A stretch of 62,695 bases of DNA, counting the filler, from Choristocarpus tenellus KU-1152 (Eukaryota; Protista; Phaeophyceae), in NCBI GenBank assembly GCA_964200185.2. It is 13 parts of 13 records of this genome, joined end to end, with 100 filler letters (N's around TTAATTAATTAA, not from the genome) between each part and the next. Parts side by side here need not be neighbours in the genome. Positions count along the whole stretch, not along the records: positions 17,653 to 25,143 come from CAXNAD020006075.1; positions 25,244 to 29,982 come from CAXNAD020013257.1; positions 30,083 to 36,781 come from CAXNAD020007537.1; 10 more parts are not named here. One strand, written 5' to 3'. This document shows positions 23,258 to 36,500 of the stretch, piece by piece. Made by a program: the position numbers and the translations under genes. Each line of letters begins with the position of its first letter. The first letter of the stretch is position 1. Below the pieces are notes generated by a model that was not told the origin of the DNA, did not search any database, and worked only from the letters and a program-made list of their open reading frames with translations.

Positions 23258-25094
23258 CTGCCAAGACATCAGGGTTGAATCACAAAACAGGAGAAGGGGG
23301 GGGGGGGGATTTCTGAGGATTGTTGGTGTTGTCGCTAGGAACGATTCAAACCCCTTTTCCTTAGATTCAAAGTTGCATTCAGGAGGATTCAAATTTTCAA
23401 AACCAGGTAGATCAAGCAAACGTATATTATAACTCCATGGTAGAAACCAACACCATTAAGTTGCACTGTTCGCAATTATGGTCTTCTGCTCTCCTGACAT
23501 TTCAAAACAACTCCCCTGAAGGTACTCTGATGACCTCAGGCTTGCACAATACTCTCTACCTTGTGTATTCGTATGTCCAGAGGATTAGCCTGAGGAACAA
23601 CAGGTAGCTCTGACCTGAAGGAAGAACACAACTAAATAGCTCCCTGAGGAGCTCTTCCTGAAATATTAAATACAGCATTCACTATCGCAATAATCTCCAT
23701 AGTCTAAATCAAACGTTACTTTAGGAGGCCTTGCAGTTTGCCAATAGTTAGGTTTTGACTGTTTCTTCTGCAGCTGCATGCATGATGCAAAAAAAGGGAC
23801 TAGGTGCAGTTACACGAGTCAACACTGTTAAAAAAAAACTGGGTACTATAGTGTCAAGGACTTTCTTGAGAGATATTCCACAGGGGGGACAATGCATTGT
23901 GCATCTTTCCATGACATTTCCCAACATGATCCCTGGCCAACTATGTTTGACCCACCAAAGTACTAGAGAATAAAAACTGAAACAAAGACCACATCGACAG
24001 CCTCAAGAAGAGGATTCCAAATATGGTATCAAGATTTGCTTCTGATAGGAAGAGTGAATATTTGAACCATTCTTATCTCAAATCCTTCACAAACGATGTC
24101 CTCTTCAACCAAAATGGAAGCACACTCATCGGAAAGGATCTGAGCCATACAACATCACTGCGATTGATGAGTGGAACACTTCAACGCCCACAAGCATATG
24201 GTATTAGGGAGGATGGCTCATTGACAATGTAAGATATGTATTACAATATATAATAATATTGTGCCGACTGACAGTGCGCAAAGGTTCTCAAGGGTAGAAT
24301 CAATGTACCAGAGAGCACAACAAACATAACTACATTGCTATATAAAGGGAAAACCTTCCCATACAACAGCTGTTACGTTGTATCCTGTAGCAAAAATACC
24401 ATAGATACCGCTACTAGCAACATGAAAGTGGTCTAGAAATGAAGGGAAGATCTCAGGATTCTGTCAGGTCCAGCCAAACCCAGTCCAGTTTTCCATTGTA
24501 GTGTGCATGACGTGTGTTGTGTAATTCTAGACACAATTCGTTGCTATAACAATATTGCACACACATCGGACCACGCAATGCTCCACATCAATGTCCAGCC
24601 AACAATGGACGTTTTCCATTACAACATTTTGACTGTTTTGCTCTTAGATTGGACAGAGGTTGTCGGCACATTGCTTGGCGACCAGTTGCTCTACCATGTC
24701 CATTCTCCACTTATCACCAGAAAACGTTTGCTCTCTAACAGTCATTTGTTGTCTAGAACAACGTTTAGGGCTGTTTGCTCTCCAAATTGTCTCCGTGACA
24801 AGGTTAAGGACATCCAGTGTCCAAAACAGTCTTCCAGACCATTTGCTCTATCACAGATGTGATCTACAAAAAAGGTTTGTTGTGTGTAAACCCAAAACGT
24901 CGTCGAGTTCTGTTAGACGAGGGTTACTGTTGTCCGAGATGAGTGATATTGCTCTTCTTCAAGCGTATGCTAACCTATGCAGGTTTTTGGGTAGAGTTAT
25001 GACATCAGGCATCAAGCATCTTGCAATCAACATCAACATCCTACTACTCTTTCTCAGTTCTCTGCAACTCTTTGCCACACGGGGCAGCCTTACA

Positions 25095-25143
25095 GACTCA
25101 AAGTATCTGGGGGGAGGGGGGTGTGTGTGTGGCTTGTGAGGGG
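25095..25143. mobile_element. MITE family A terminus at contig end
   Basis: gactcaaagtatctggggggaggggg. Confidence 0.7.
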
Positions 25144-25534
25144 NNNNNNNNNNNNNNNNNNNNNNNNNNNNNNNNNNNNNNNNNNNNTTAATTAATTAAN
25201 NNNNNNNNNNNNNNNNNNNNNNNNNNNNNNNNNNNNNNNNNNNCCCCGAGGGATCCTTGTAAATCTACCTCATGCCCGTACACCCAATGCACCCCTCAAC
25301 CATATCTCGAATGGCATGAACGGAAGTTGATCCGCTAAGTACGGTACGGGCTGCAGGAGTGTCTACAGGTGGTCAGGTCAAGACCTCTAACCAGAAGGAG
25401 ATAGAGATAGAGACAGAAAGATAGATACAGAGAGAAGGACAACTTGTTCTTTGAAATCTAAGGACCCTCCGTTTAAAAAACGTCACCAACTCGAAAATTC
25501 TTTGAAACCTGCCCAAGTGCAACAAATGTCTCGC

Positions 25535-26354
25535 CTTGCGGAGGATGACAGTGCCGGTAACAGACACGCAGAGGACCATCATTAATGTCCAAATACTGGC
25601 AAAGGATGCCGCGTGGGATCCATTCGCCGACGAATCATTCTCAGCGGCAGTGATGATTGCCACCAGGACATCAATTGTGGAAAATAGCTGGGGAATAGTT
25701 GGTGAGTGATGGAGGGAGGGGGGGGGGGAGGGGGTGGGAGGCAAGAGAGGGAGAAAATCAGTGGCAGGAAGTGAGGCTGCAGTGGGGTGGTGACTATGAA
25801 CAAAACTCAATGCGTGAGATGATTAAGAGTAAAAGTCAAACCCTAAGTTGTTTTTGTGTATGTTTGAGGAATGTAAGCTGTATGCACAGGCATGAGCATT
25901 AGCTTCCTGTACAGTCACCGAGGTACTAATTAACAGGACAAAATGCGAGGGAGGTCAGTAAAGGTGCAATTAAAGCCAGTTGTTCATTGCGACGTTTGTC
26001 ATCTGGTCTTTCAGGTGGGTAGGGTAGGGTAGGTAGGATGTGGAAATGATGCTTGCAGAGGTAAGCGTAATGAACTTGAAAGAGGAAATCACGACACAGG
26101 GAAATAGAGGGAGGAACAGTTGGTGCACTTCAAAGCAACTCTGAACATAAGCAATCATAATTTTTTCCAGGAATAGGGTAACACCCCCCCCCCCCACACA
26201 CACACCCTTGCAATGATTGGACATAGAAAATAAGGTGACAGCCATCACTCACCAGCACTGTGTACCAAGCGTAGGTGACAACCTTGCCTGGGTTTGCATC
26301 AGCATGGTCAACCATTTCCTGGAACTGTGCCATAGCTTCTGACTGGGAGCTCAT
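25535..26354 (-). CDS. Uncharacterised multi-TM membrane protein, 5' part (exons 26354-26253, 25687-25535)
   Basis: ATG-initiated exon MSSQSEAMAQ...VVTYAWYTVL joins in phase 0 to LFSTIDVLVAIITAA...AASFASIWTLMMVLCVSVTGTVILRK (two hydrophobic helices). The second donor is probably GC (AAG|GCGAG). Confidence 0.6.
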
Positions 26355-27299
26355 CTTTAGAGAGTGCTGTGTGATTTAAGGACTGCAGTAAGAACAAATA
26401 GCACTTGATGGTCAGTGGGGTTAGTTCGGTGGACATCAATATTGGAGGGAAGGGGTTCACAATGGAGTAAAGGTATTGAGTGCACAAAAAATACAGAAAC
26501 CAATGGCAGGGCTTCATAGATAAAATATGGTTGCAGTACCATCAAGTGTTCTGTGTTTTGCAAAGATTGCCTATGTCCAAGAAAATCTCCCCTTTCCCTC
26601 TTCCCTCACCCCCATTACAACCTGTTCCATGCGTGTATAGTGTTTTAGTGCCTGCAATATTCTCATCTCGTCCCTCACAAATCTCTACATGAAATCTCTA
26701 CATGAATTGGGGCATCTGATTACTTGGGGTTCAAAAGGCCATCAAAGGTGTACAATTTTGACAAAAATGTAAAGGGTACCTGTGGGAAGATGGTGACACG
26801 TGTGATACGTTTGTCTACTACTAGTTTACTCGCTCAAACAACTTATTCAATTTTTTATGGCAAACTACTACATATATAGTGTGGCACAGTGGAGGACTGC
26901 TGAGAAAACATACACAAGGGACAAAGGCTAAAGCTCGGCACCTTTAGGATTGCTCAACACGACAAAATGACACGAATCGCACATTGCATCTGTTCGTGGA
27001 AGCCTTTGGTAGTGAAAATCAAATTCTGGAATCATGGGTATAGACATTAGAGTGATACTTCCATTTCTAAGCCAGCAGTACTTTGTCTGCATAGTCATAA
27101 TTAAAATACCTTACTGAAGAATAAAAAAGTATATCGACAAAATATCACGTTAAACTAGTTGGCAATCAGGGTTGTCCGGAAAATATATTGGGGGACGCAA
27201 ACAGCAGATAAGACTCTTCAAACAATAGGTTAGGGTATTTTTCGTCAATGTTCATCCACACATATCTAAACAGGTCTCTACGTGTGAGGAATATACAAG

Positions 27300-28800
27300 T
27301 AAAATTTCAAGGTCAAGACCGAACTTTCTTCTCACACGCACCCAGAAGGTGAAATTGCGGGGAAAAAACAGAGGGTCCTTGCTGTTCCTATTTGAATCGA
27401 GAGCGTGCAACGCGGCCCTTAGAAATTGAGATAAGTTTGCCTTGACTTGACTCTGTTGTTGTGTCACCCCATTCGAGTTCACTATCCCGCCTGAAGGAAT
27501 CACTGAAATCAACAGTAAGAATTTTACAAACTGGAAGGCCCTTCCTCATACTCTCGGGGCTCTTGTGGACCCATCGTGATCTCACCAAACGTTGCGAGAG
27601 ACAGAAATTAAGCTTGCACTACTTGTGAGGATCTACACTTCGAACGCGATGATGGGCTAAAAAACCAAGGGGAAATGCGGCAGGTATAGTCGTCGATGAA
27701 CAGACTGAGAATATTGTCGGGATCTCTACCTCCAACTTCTGATATTCTGATAACTCACAATCTCCAGTGAGATGTCCTCAGGAGTAGCAAATCGACGCAA
27801 TGCAAACTCATTATTATCCACCAAATCACACGTCTAGGGCATATCATGCCATTCTACCGCAAAATTCGTTTACCAAAACCGAGGGCATTTCCACCCAATA
27901 TTGGAAAAGATTGACCGCAGGACATCATGGGAGGGATGCATTCTAGACTCTAATCCTGACCTATGAAGCCACCAACAGCCTCAGAATCACCAGTTTGCAA
28001 CCTCTCAGTAGACTACCAAAGAGATAGTGAATCTTGAATAAGCAGTCTACCTATGTAAAGATAGTGCACAAGGATGGTTCCTACCTCTCTGTCGCTGGTT
28101 GGATGTGACCTTTCACCTTTCAAAGAGAACCTAAAGGCAGACATCCATTAGGTGTTGAACCCCCTGGAAAGAATATTGTGAAGCTGGTCTTATCCTGTTG
28201 CCATATGTTGTTAGTCGGGGTGTGGTGGTGCTTGCTGTCAGTACTATTACGCTGGTGATTTACAGAAAAGAGAGGAAAGGAGAAGAGCTGGTACTGGGGA
28301 GGTGGTGACTGGGAAAGTCGAGGGGATTGGTGGGACCGGCAGAGGAGAAACGTATTGGAGATCCTTGAGGTGTATCGATCCACACACCTGAAAGGTCAAT
28401 ACAGCAACCCCTCGATTGCACTGCTATAGGAATCAACGGCACCCAAGTCAGGGTGGATTTTGGACTGGATTAATGTCAGACGGTGAAGGTATGGATCTAA
28501 CCGTTCGATGTGAAGCTGATTTTGGTTGGTTGTGGCTAGGCTATGGAGAATGTTGCATCTACGAGTAAAGGGGTGCTAATTCACTTTGTTCTCACGTCGG
28601 CCGATAGTCGAAGGTTCTTCTTTGGCCATGCAATAGGTAAATTTTTATATTCGATTGCTTTGTCACAGTCTAAATGAGCTGCATTTTGCCCTTTTTGAAT
28701 CCCCGCGTATGCATCATGTTGGATTGCATGCAGTGTGCCGCCGTAACAATGATGCGATGGCCTCATAATAGGGATATATATAAGGTCTTCCAGTACTTAT
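27300..28800 (-). mobile_element. Degenerate tyrosine-recombinase (DIRS/Ngaro-type) retrotransposon relic
   Basis: Colinear decayed motifs: RT-like QHDAYAGI and EYKNLPIAW, then PVQ..LG..VDS; RNaseH-like NASLP*CPAV and LVDN; YR-like DFSDSFRR (cf. FSGHSFRRG). Confidence 0.55.
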
Positions 28801-29343
28801 GTTCTTGGTGATAACATTGGTAGGAATGCTTTCACCTTTTCATGTTAGTTTCACCACGGCCAGGTTTAAACGAGTCATCAATAAGCGGTCCTCCTCCGTT
28901 CCCACCCCCTGTCCCTAACCAGTCGTTGCCGAGACATCCAACCTAAGGCAGATCGTACTTCACTAAACGATTCCTGCATTGATTTGGATAAAAGTAAATG
29001 TGTGTTCCTGTGAAACAACATTCTTGTTGCATCGGGAAGCGTCCCTATCGCGAAGCCTCAGTTTGTCACATCTTGCACCAGAGTCTACCTGACCCTATGT
29101 ACTGCACTTGTGCTCAGACCTGCTTGTCCTGGATTATTTTTCGCAACTCGATCGATAAATGGTCCCCATATCTTTCTAGATCTCTCTACTTCCTGTGTAT
29201 TTCCTTGGAAAGCTCTCAAAATCAACCTTTCTTTATCGTATAGGTGATGTAGAGGGGAGGAGTTGTGGAGCATGATCATCGCAGCCAAAATAGATGTGTC
29301 ACTGCCATTGCATTTTCTTGTAGATGTACCATAACCTGTGCAG

Positions 29344-29497
29344 TCCAACAACTGTTGTATACCCCTGTGTCTACCGGTAACATAGAGTACGAGTATGACT
29401 ATGAGGATGGTGAGGAATATGACTACGGCAGTGACAATGGAGACCAAACACTGGACGACCTCATCGAGATTGAGAATGCCTTCTATGAGGGAGATGG
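29344..29497 (+). CDS. Isolated acidic, Tyr-rich exon of an unknown gene
   Basis: AG acceptor, then QQLLYTPVSTGNIEYEYDYEDGEEYDYGSDNGDQTLDDLIEIENAFYEGD, then a GTGAG donor. Confidence 0.4.
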
Positions 29498-31420
29498 TGA
29501 GCATTGCAGAAGTGGCACATTGCCTTATCCCAATTGCTGGCCAGGATGGGGGTGGTCAATGGCAGGGAGAAGAAGGGTCACTTGCTGCACCCACATCTTT
29601 CTACAACTGTACCTACTGAAGTGCTCAGTGTTGATTACATGATGATTCCAGGTACTATAGTGAGCATTTCCCTTTTTGTTTTACAAGGGCATGAGAAAGC
29701 AAGGGAGGCATTGTGTATGATTCTGGAGTGGTTTGAACAGTAGAGTGCACTCTCTCGTTAATCGTAAATATAACTGCCTCTGTCATGAAACTGTTACATG
29801 CCACTTGAATTTGGAGGGTCTGCTGCCTTTCCAGCATTTTAGAGTTTCCATGCCTGCAGCCTCTAGTTAATGCTCTTTCATGAACTGGTATTTAATAGTG
29901 TGCCTTTGTTGGTACAATTGCTATGGTGTGTAGCATGCGTATGCAGCATTGTCCACTGCCCCATGCAGTTCATTCCCAATGCNNNNNNNNNNNNNNNNNN
30001 NNNNNNNNNNNNNNNNNNNNNNNNNNTTAATTAATTAANNNNNNNNNNNNNNNNNNNNNNNNNNNNNNNNNNNNNNNNNNNNCTCCTCACCCCCCCCCCC
30101 CTCTCCCTCTCCCCCCTCTTCGTCCCCATTCTCCCCCCCCCTCTCCTTTCCTCGGCCCTTGAATTTTCTCTTCCGTCCTTCTCCCACAAAACCCCCCCTT
30201 TCCCTCGCCTCGATAGCAGACAGTAGAACTGTCAACACCTTGGTGGGAATCTTTTTGCCGTCCCCAACAAGTTTGTCGCACGTCGAAACAATACCCGCCA
30301 CGGGTTCCCAACTTACGTTTTTAACCCGCTTTGGTTTCCCAGTTCGCCCGGATCTATCACCAGCTTGTATGTAGCCTTCGATAAAAGTACTTTTCCCATA
30401 CTTTTCAAGGGTCAGAAACGCGGCGCTGTCCCGTCTGTGGTCACAGGTCGGCCGAAGCCAGTGAAGATCCACCCCACGCTCCCTGTCGTCGCCAACGCGC
30501 TCCGTTAGTATCTTGCCGACTAAGAGCGGCGCCTCCATTGCCACAAAATAGGGAAACCTGCCTTCCTGCACAGTGACGAGGTTTCGATGGTTCGCCGGTC
30601 TCAAGGTAGCACGAGGCCAACCCCGTCGACGGAAGCCAGCTTCTTCCGTGTCACTGTCCGATGAGGAAGAGGCTGTTTCCTTGAGCCCGCCGAGGTCATT
30701 GTCGCCACTGACAAGATTACCTCCTCCATCCGAACGTTCGCCCTGGTCGGTGTCTTCAACGTCGCTGGTACCAGTTCTAGCGCCATCGTCATTGGAGGGA
30801 AGCCCTGTCTTTTTCAGAAGCCGCACAGACTCGCTTTGCTCGTGTTTCGCTCTCTGAACAGCTTCATCGTCTGCGAAGGTGGATGGCATGAGCACGAGAA
30901 CATCAATGGTATGGAAGCATGAATGCGACTTTGTAACCAGCTGTAAGTTTGCACGAAGGCGCTCGGGGAGCATGAGGTGAGAGGGAGGGTGTAGATTTCG
31001 TCGGATTCGTCACTGTTGAGTACAAGACCGGTACCGTCAAAACAATTATCGCCGGTAACCTATAGTACTTGTTTATCGTGACACGCGACAATCACTACGC
31101 ATGAGAATGGAATATTTTTCTAGGTTGTTTTTGTAAAGGCTGTAAAGGCTGCCTTGTACAGAAGTTACACCAGATTTTTTTAGCTGCCACCGAATACAAG
31201 TATTGACCATCAACTCCCGTCACGAAATGTTCGACTTACCCAGTGGGTACGCAGCATTGAGGTGCTCGTGCGACGCCTGATACCGCTGCTCCACCTTCAG
31301 GATGACGTCTTCGGGCACGCTCTTGAGCTGCTAGGGGGCTGCATCTTGGAGACGAGGCGGGTGGCCGATGAAGAGGTTGTGCGGAGGGGCGTTGGGGTCC
31401 ATAGCAACATTGGCACCTAT

Positions 31421-31680
31421 GATTGAAAGTATCTTAGAGGGTACGAGTTTTGCCCTGTTTGTCCATTATTTGGGGCTTGGATCCCGTGGGGTTTTTATGA
31501 CATTTTCCTACTCCAAAATGCTGAGGAGTAGGTAAAATGTATACATTATGAAAAGGTGTATCCGAAACATAGATATTGATACTTTCTAGCAAACACGATA
31601 GCAAAATTATCATCAAAATCGCAACATTGGATTTTGACCTCCAAACGGACGCGCCTCTACCCTCTAAGATACTTTGGCTC
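31421..31680. mobile_element. MITE family B (260 bp) with 4-bp TSD CTAT, inserted in a transposase exon
   Basis: TIR AAAGTATCTTAGAGGGTA / TACCCTCTAAGATACTTT. CTAT at 31417-31420 and 31681-31684. Confidence 0.92.
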
Positions 31681-33278
31681 CTATCCCATTCCATGCGGTA
31701 CTGTGCATGTATTGCTTCACGCTAACCTTAACCCGCCCATCACCACCTTTTTCAACGCGAAAAGCCCTGTAGCTCGTGATGTTGGGAACACGGTTGACGC
31801 GACCGCGAAGGAGTCCTTTGAAGTTGCCCTCGTTCCGTAGGGTCTTGCAGTAGACTGGAATCTCCGTGTAAGAGGCCTGCAGCTCTTCACCCAGCTGTGT
31901 TCTTGTGAAGATGTTCTTCCCTTTGATACCACGCGAGAACCTGAAGGTGAAATGCAAGTAAGTTAATTTTGAGGTGGGTGCGAAAGAAACGTGTGCAAGA
32001 CGCACGTGCGCTTGTGAACTTCTAACCTCATAAAAGACGCAATGTTAGAAGAATAGGCGGCGATCCACGTGGGGAAGGAGAAAGGAATGGTTAGGTGGTC
32101 GAATCGGTACAGCAGGCGGCGGAAGAAGGTGCAGGAGGTTTCATAATGATGTGGATTTTTGTGGACAACTGATGCTAGGCGTAGCTATGGCGAGGATGGA
32201 GAGCTTTGCCTAAAGCCGTCATGGTCATTTCCTCGCGAGAAGGATTATTGAAGACAGAGAGCCGTTGCCCTTGTGCTCTTGTCCGGTGTAAGTGTGTATT
32301 ACTTTTTGTATTACATGCCAACATAGGATGTGTTGGATTTGGTGTAAAATAACATAGAAGTGGAGAAGCAAGATGTGCACATGCTCTGATGCATGTATAT
32401 GGAAGTATAAATATAAAAAGGGGTGATGCGTACATTTTTTTTGTTTGTTTCGAGGCTAGGTTACAATAAAACATTGCCAGCTGCTCGTCTCGTGCTATTT
32501 TGTTGTGGGAAAATCAAAAGTCAATCAATCAATCGCAGTGCATGGCCATAAACCTTCCAGAGTGGCAACAAGCGTGAACTGCAAGCCTCAAGGCAGTATC
32601 TGTCCATGTAAAAACACCATGTGGCTATCGCATTCACGGTGCGTGCCTAATTACCTGTAGAAGAACTGATCGATCTTGATGTGCGTGTGACCCACCATCA
32701 TAAAATGTATCTCAACCACACGAATGACACTCGCCGCGACCAACAGCCCCGCATATCCGAGAAAGAAATTGTTCTTGTTCTCTGAGACGCAGTTGTCAAC
32801 CTGGGTAATTTGGGGAGTGGGGAGCGAGGGAGGGATAGGCGTGAGGCCGATACGTCAGCCCGTTTCACCACGTTTGTTGGAGAAGCAGGGCGTGTTTCCA
32901 GTAGTGCTAGAGCGCAAGCTCTACATCACCGCCATCATACATGCAAGTTGCAACCCACAAATCAACACTAAATACCACACAGTTAGTTACTTGGTGGCCG
33001 CTATTCGGTGAGTAGATCGCAAGTAGGTCGTCTCAAGATGAAACTTTCTTACCTGCCAATTGTGCGTGCTGGATGATGCAACCCCCCGCATGATCGAGGC
33101 TGTTGTGGTACTTGTCGATACACCTTGTTAGGGCAAGGTGGGTGGCTCTGCAGACAAGGTTACAACCTGCGTGAACAATGATATCTGCCGTTAGTTGGCG
33201 AATAGTTCTCTGCTTACTTACGCATTGTTTACTTGGAGCTAAAAAGAGGGGTAATGCAATGTGTTTTTGCGATGTAGA

Positions 33279-33534
33279 GAGTCAACGTATCTTGGAGGGT
33301 AGAGCCTCGTCCATTTGGGGACCAAAATCCATTGTTCCAATTTTGATGATGTTGGCTATCGTGTTTGTTAGGAAGTGTCCATATCCTTGTTCCAGACACA
33401 CCTTTTCATAACGTATACATTTTACCTACTCGAAAACATTTCAGAGTAGGAAAATTTCCTAAAAAACCCATGGGAAGTCAATCCCCAAACGGACAAACAG
33501 GGCAAAACTTGTACCCTCTAAGATACTTTTACTC
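33279..33534. mobile_element. MITE family B copy (opposite orientation), intronic
   Basis: GAGTCAACGTATCTTGGAGGGTA...TACCCTCTAAGATACTTTTACTC. The interior is the reverse complement of 31421-31680. Confidence 0.9.
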
Positions 33535-36500
33535 AGAGCACATACACCAGACCAGCTGATATAGATGTCGGTCGGTTTCCCTCCTCGTTGATTAGCTCTT
33601 ACACTCCCCTTGCCCTTCTGAAGCTGAGGCGTATGAGGGCAGAGGAGCACAGTGCATCATCAGTTAATCGACTGTTCACCAGGCCTACGGTATCTGTACT
33701 CAAATCATGCGAGGATGTACTCGTCCTCGGGTATCTAACCTGTGGCGGGTCCCCTCACCATGACAGTCAATCAAGTGGTACGTACGCAACCAACATCTAT
33801 TCGATCGTGTGATTGTTGTGCCACAACCCACAATACGTACCTCCTCCAAGATTTTGAGGAGTGCAGAACACCTCCGCGAACTGACCTTCGATGTGTGCGG
33901 CCATGATCTTCTGGCGCTTGGAGTGGCCCCTGAAAATAAGGACATGAACCGAAGAAAGGTGTAAAGAAAGGTGTTACGGGGCGTCATCATCATGATGAAC
34001 GGAGGAGGTAGTGGAATTATGTGCGTCTGTTTTGGCGGTTATTTCTTGGGACTTTGCACTCAACTCGTTGAATAAAACAGGGTGGTCTATTCTCTCCTTC
34101 GTGCGGCTGCAAATTTGTTGACAAATGGACTATGCGTGCGTGCGGTTACCTGTCACCGCTGTGGGTAGGTGGGTGAAGTGCTGGGAGGGCGTGGGATGTC
34201 TGGTTCGCCGCGTCTACGGACATGAACACGAAGCCGAGAGGTTTACCATCGGCTTTGGCCCGCATGGCGCTGCTGGTGTGTTGTTGGCGATGACCAGCTG
34301 ATCCGCTTGGATCATCTGGCGAACGGGGGAGAGCAACATCACGTCTATAAATCAAATAAATCTGCTTAGAGGTGTAAAAAAATGGCCTCTGTAAACACGA
34401 ACCAGGTACGTGACAAAAATCGAGTGTAGGTTACTATAAAGGTTCTTCTTTGCTCCTATTTTTTACTGCTGCATTCAAGGCAAAGACAGCATTATCAGCA
34501 AGGGAGCAAGTACGTACGTACGGGGCCGGAAGACCGCAACATCACATGTCCCTCCCACAGCCCGTTGTAGACAACCAAGAAAAAGTCCATCACACAAGGT
34601 GTTTGGGCAACTAACAACAACAGTTTGGTGCTGAGTGAGGCTGCTGCTGCTACTATAAGCACCTGCATTGGAGTCTTCATTAGCAAAAGCCAACAGATGT
34701 GAACCCAATGGAGGGCAATGATGGCGATATGTTGCTACTGTACGATTGTCGCAAACTTACCGCTGGACACCTACCTTTCGATGGTCTGACAGCTCCTTGT
34801 CAATGGACTCGAGGACGGTGGAGTCGTTCGTGGGTTTTATACCAGGCGCACCGTGCCGCTTCTCTTTTAACATGACATATATGTCACATTTCATCAATTC
34901 ACCTCCTACCCTCACCCTAATGTTGGGCCTATCCTCTCTGAGCATTCGGAAGAAGTGTGCCTTGCTTACCCGCTTGGAAGTGTCGTCAGGATACACCCGT
35001 ATTGCCTCTTTGCAAAAATCCTTGTATAGCTCCTAATTAATAATGTTGTTTGTGTTGACAAGTGAGGAATTATTGAGAAGGAACACTCGAAGAACACCGC
35101 TGCATGATCTCTCAAAGGCGGGATAACCAACAACTTAACTGACAACACGGAAGACAGGATCAAGCAAGCTTACATCATGCGTAATGAAAGAGCAAGTAGA
35201 ATGAACTTCGTATATCTGCCACTAGTGCCATTCTCTTCGGGTCTCACCGCGGTTTGAAGAAACGCAAAGGAGGTGAATCTACCCTCATCATCATCATCAT
35301 CGTGAAGTCCTTGAGACATACGAAGTACACACTACACTACCGTGTTGGTAGTGAAGGGCGAGTATATAGTTGAACAGGTGCTTGCAAATTAATGTGCCCT
35401 CTTGATTCTACTGTTGCTGTTCTTACCATCAAACTTACGTCTGGTACGTATTATCATCACAGGTACTTCATCATGGTGGCGACTGAGCTATCGTATTGCT
35501 GCAGTATTGTTATCGTTTGTTATTGTACAGCCATCATACTTGTATAAGCCATCTACAAGTATGTATGTCTCATCGACAAATGACTGATGTTACGGCATAC
35601 ATAAGTTGCACGAAGAACCGCTCGCTTGCGCACCCCGTGCGTTGTTCATGGGTGTTCTTGTATTCTCTGCTGGCGCGATGCTGTACACACAAATAAATCC
35701 ATGCATGTGGTTGGGTACAGAATAAGAGGCATGTCCAGCAGTGAATGGTTCTATCATCTTTCTGCATGGAGTAGATCGGTCTCAAAAAAAAAAAGTTTCA
35801 CATGGTCATCAATTCAGATCTTTTTTCTGACGATCAATAATTCCCAACTGGGCTACGTAACTAGTCTGAACGAAAGAAGTCAAAGCCATGACAAAGCCAT
35901 CCCCCATGAGCTGTGTGTACGTTCCTTCCCGTGTCGTGATCGTTTGCGGCCGAGAGGCACGGGCACGCTATCGAACACACCTTGTTTGCTGGTGGTGCCT
36001 ATCGATCGATGCCCGTCGGCCCCAAATGCACACCATTTCGAGAAGGACCATACAGACACGCAGCTTACGAGGGATGGCTCTCTTTGTTGATGTGGGGAAT
36101 CCATTCGAGAGTGATGATGCAAGATGGTTAAGATCGCATCGTCATGCATTCGCTTGACAGGATGATCTCCCATCATACACAATAAAGTGCCGTCGCAGTA
36201 GTAAGGAAAACCGTAACCCGAAATTTCCACACTTTTACTATCAAGGTCAGACCGGGCTCAGGGCTGCAGAGTAGGTGTACACAGCGGTGACATAACAGTT
36301 ACTGGACCTTCCTCCGTAAAAGCGACGGAGAGTATCATCATCATCATTGTAGTCTCGACATTAGGAAGAAAAAAAATAGTACTTCATACGAAGCTTCACA
36401 TTTGTTTTTACCATAATCTCAGACCGGTCAAAGTAATAACCACCCACCACTTGAAATAATTCTTCGATCCACTTCTTCTACGTACTGCTGGGTCACATAG

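Noticed and set aside
24500-25080. Upstream exons of the receptor kinase
   Set aside because: The minus-strand frames are full of stops and look like a decayed LINE. The signal-peptide exon is probably off-contig.
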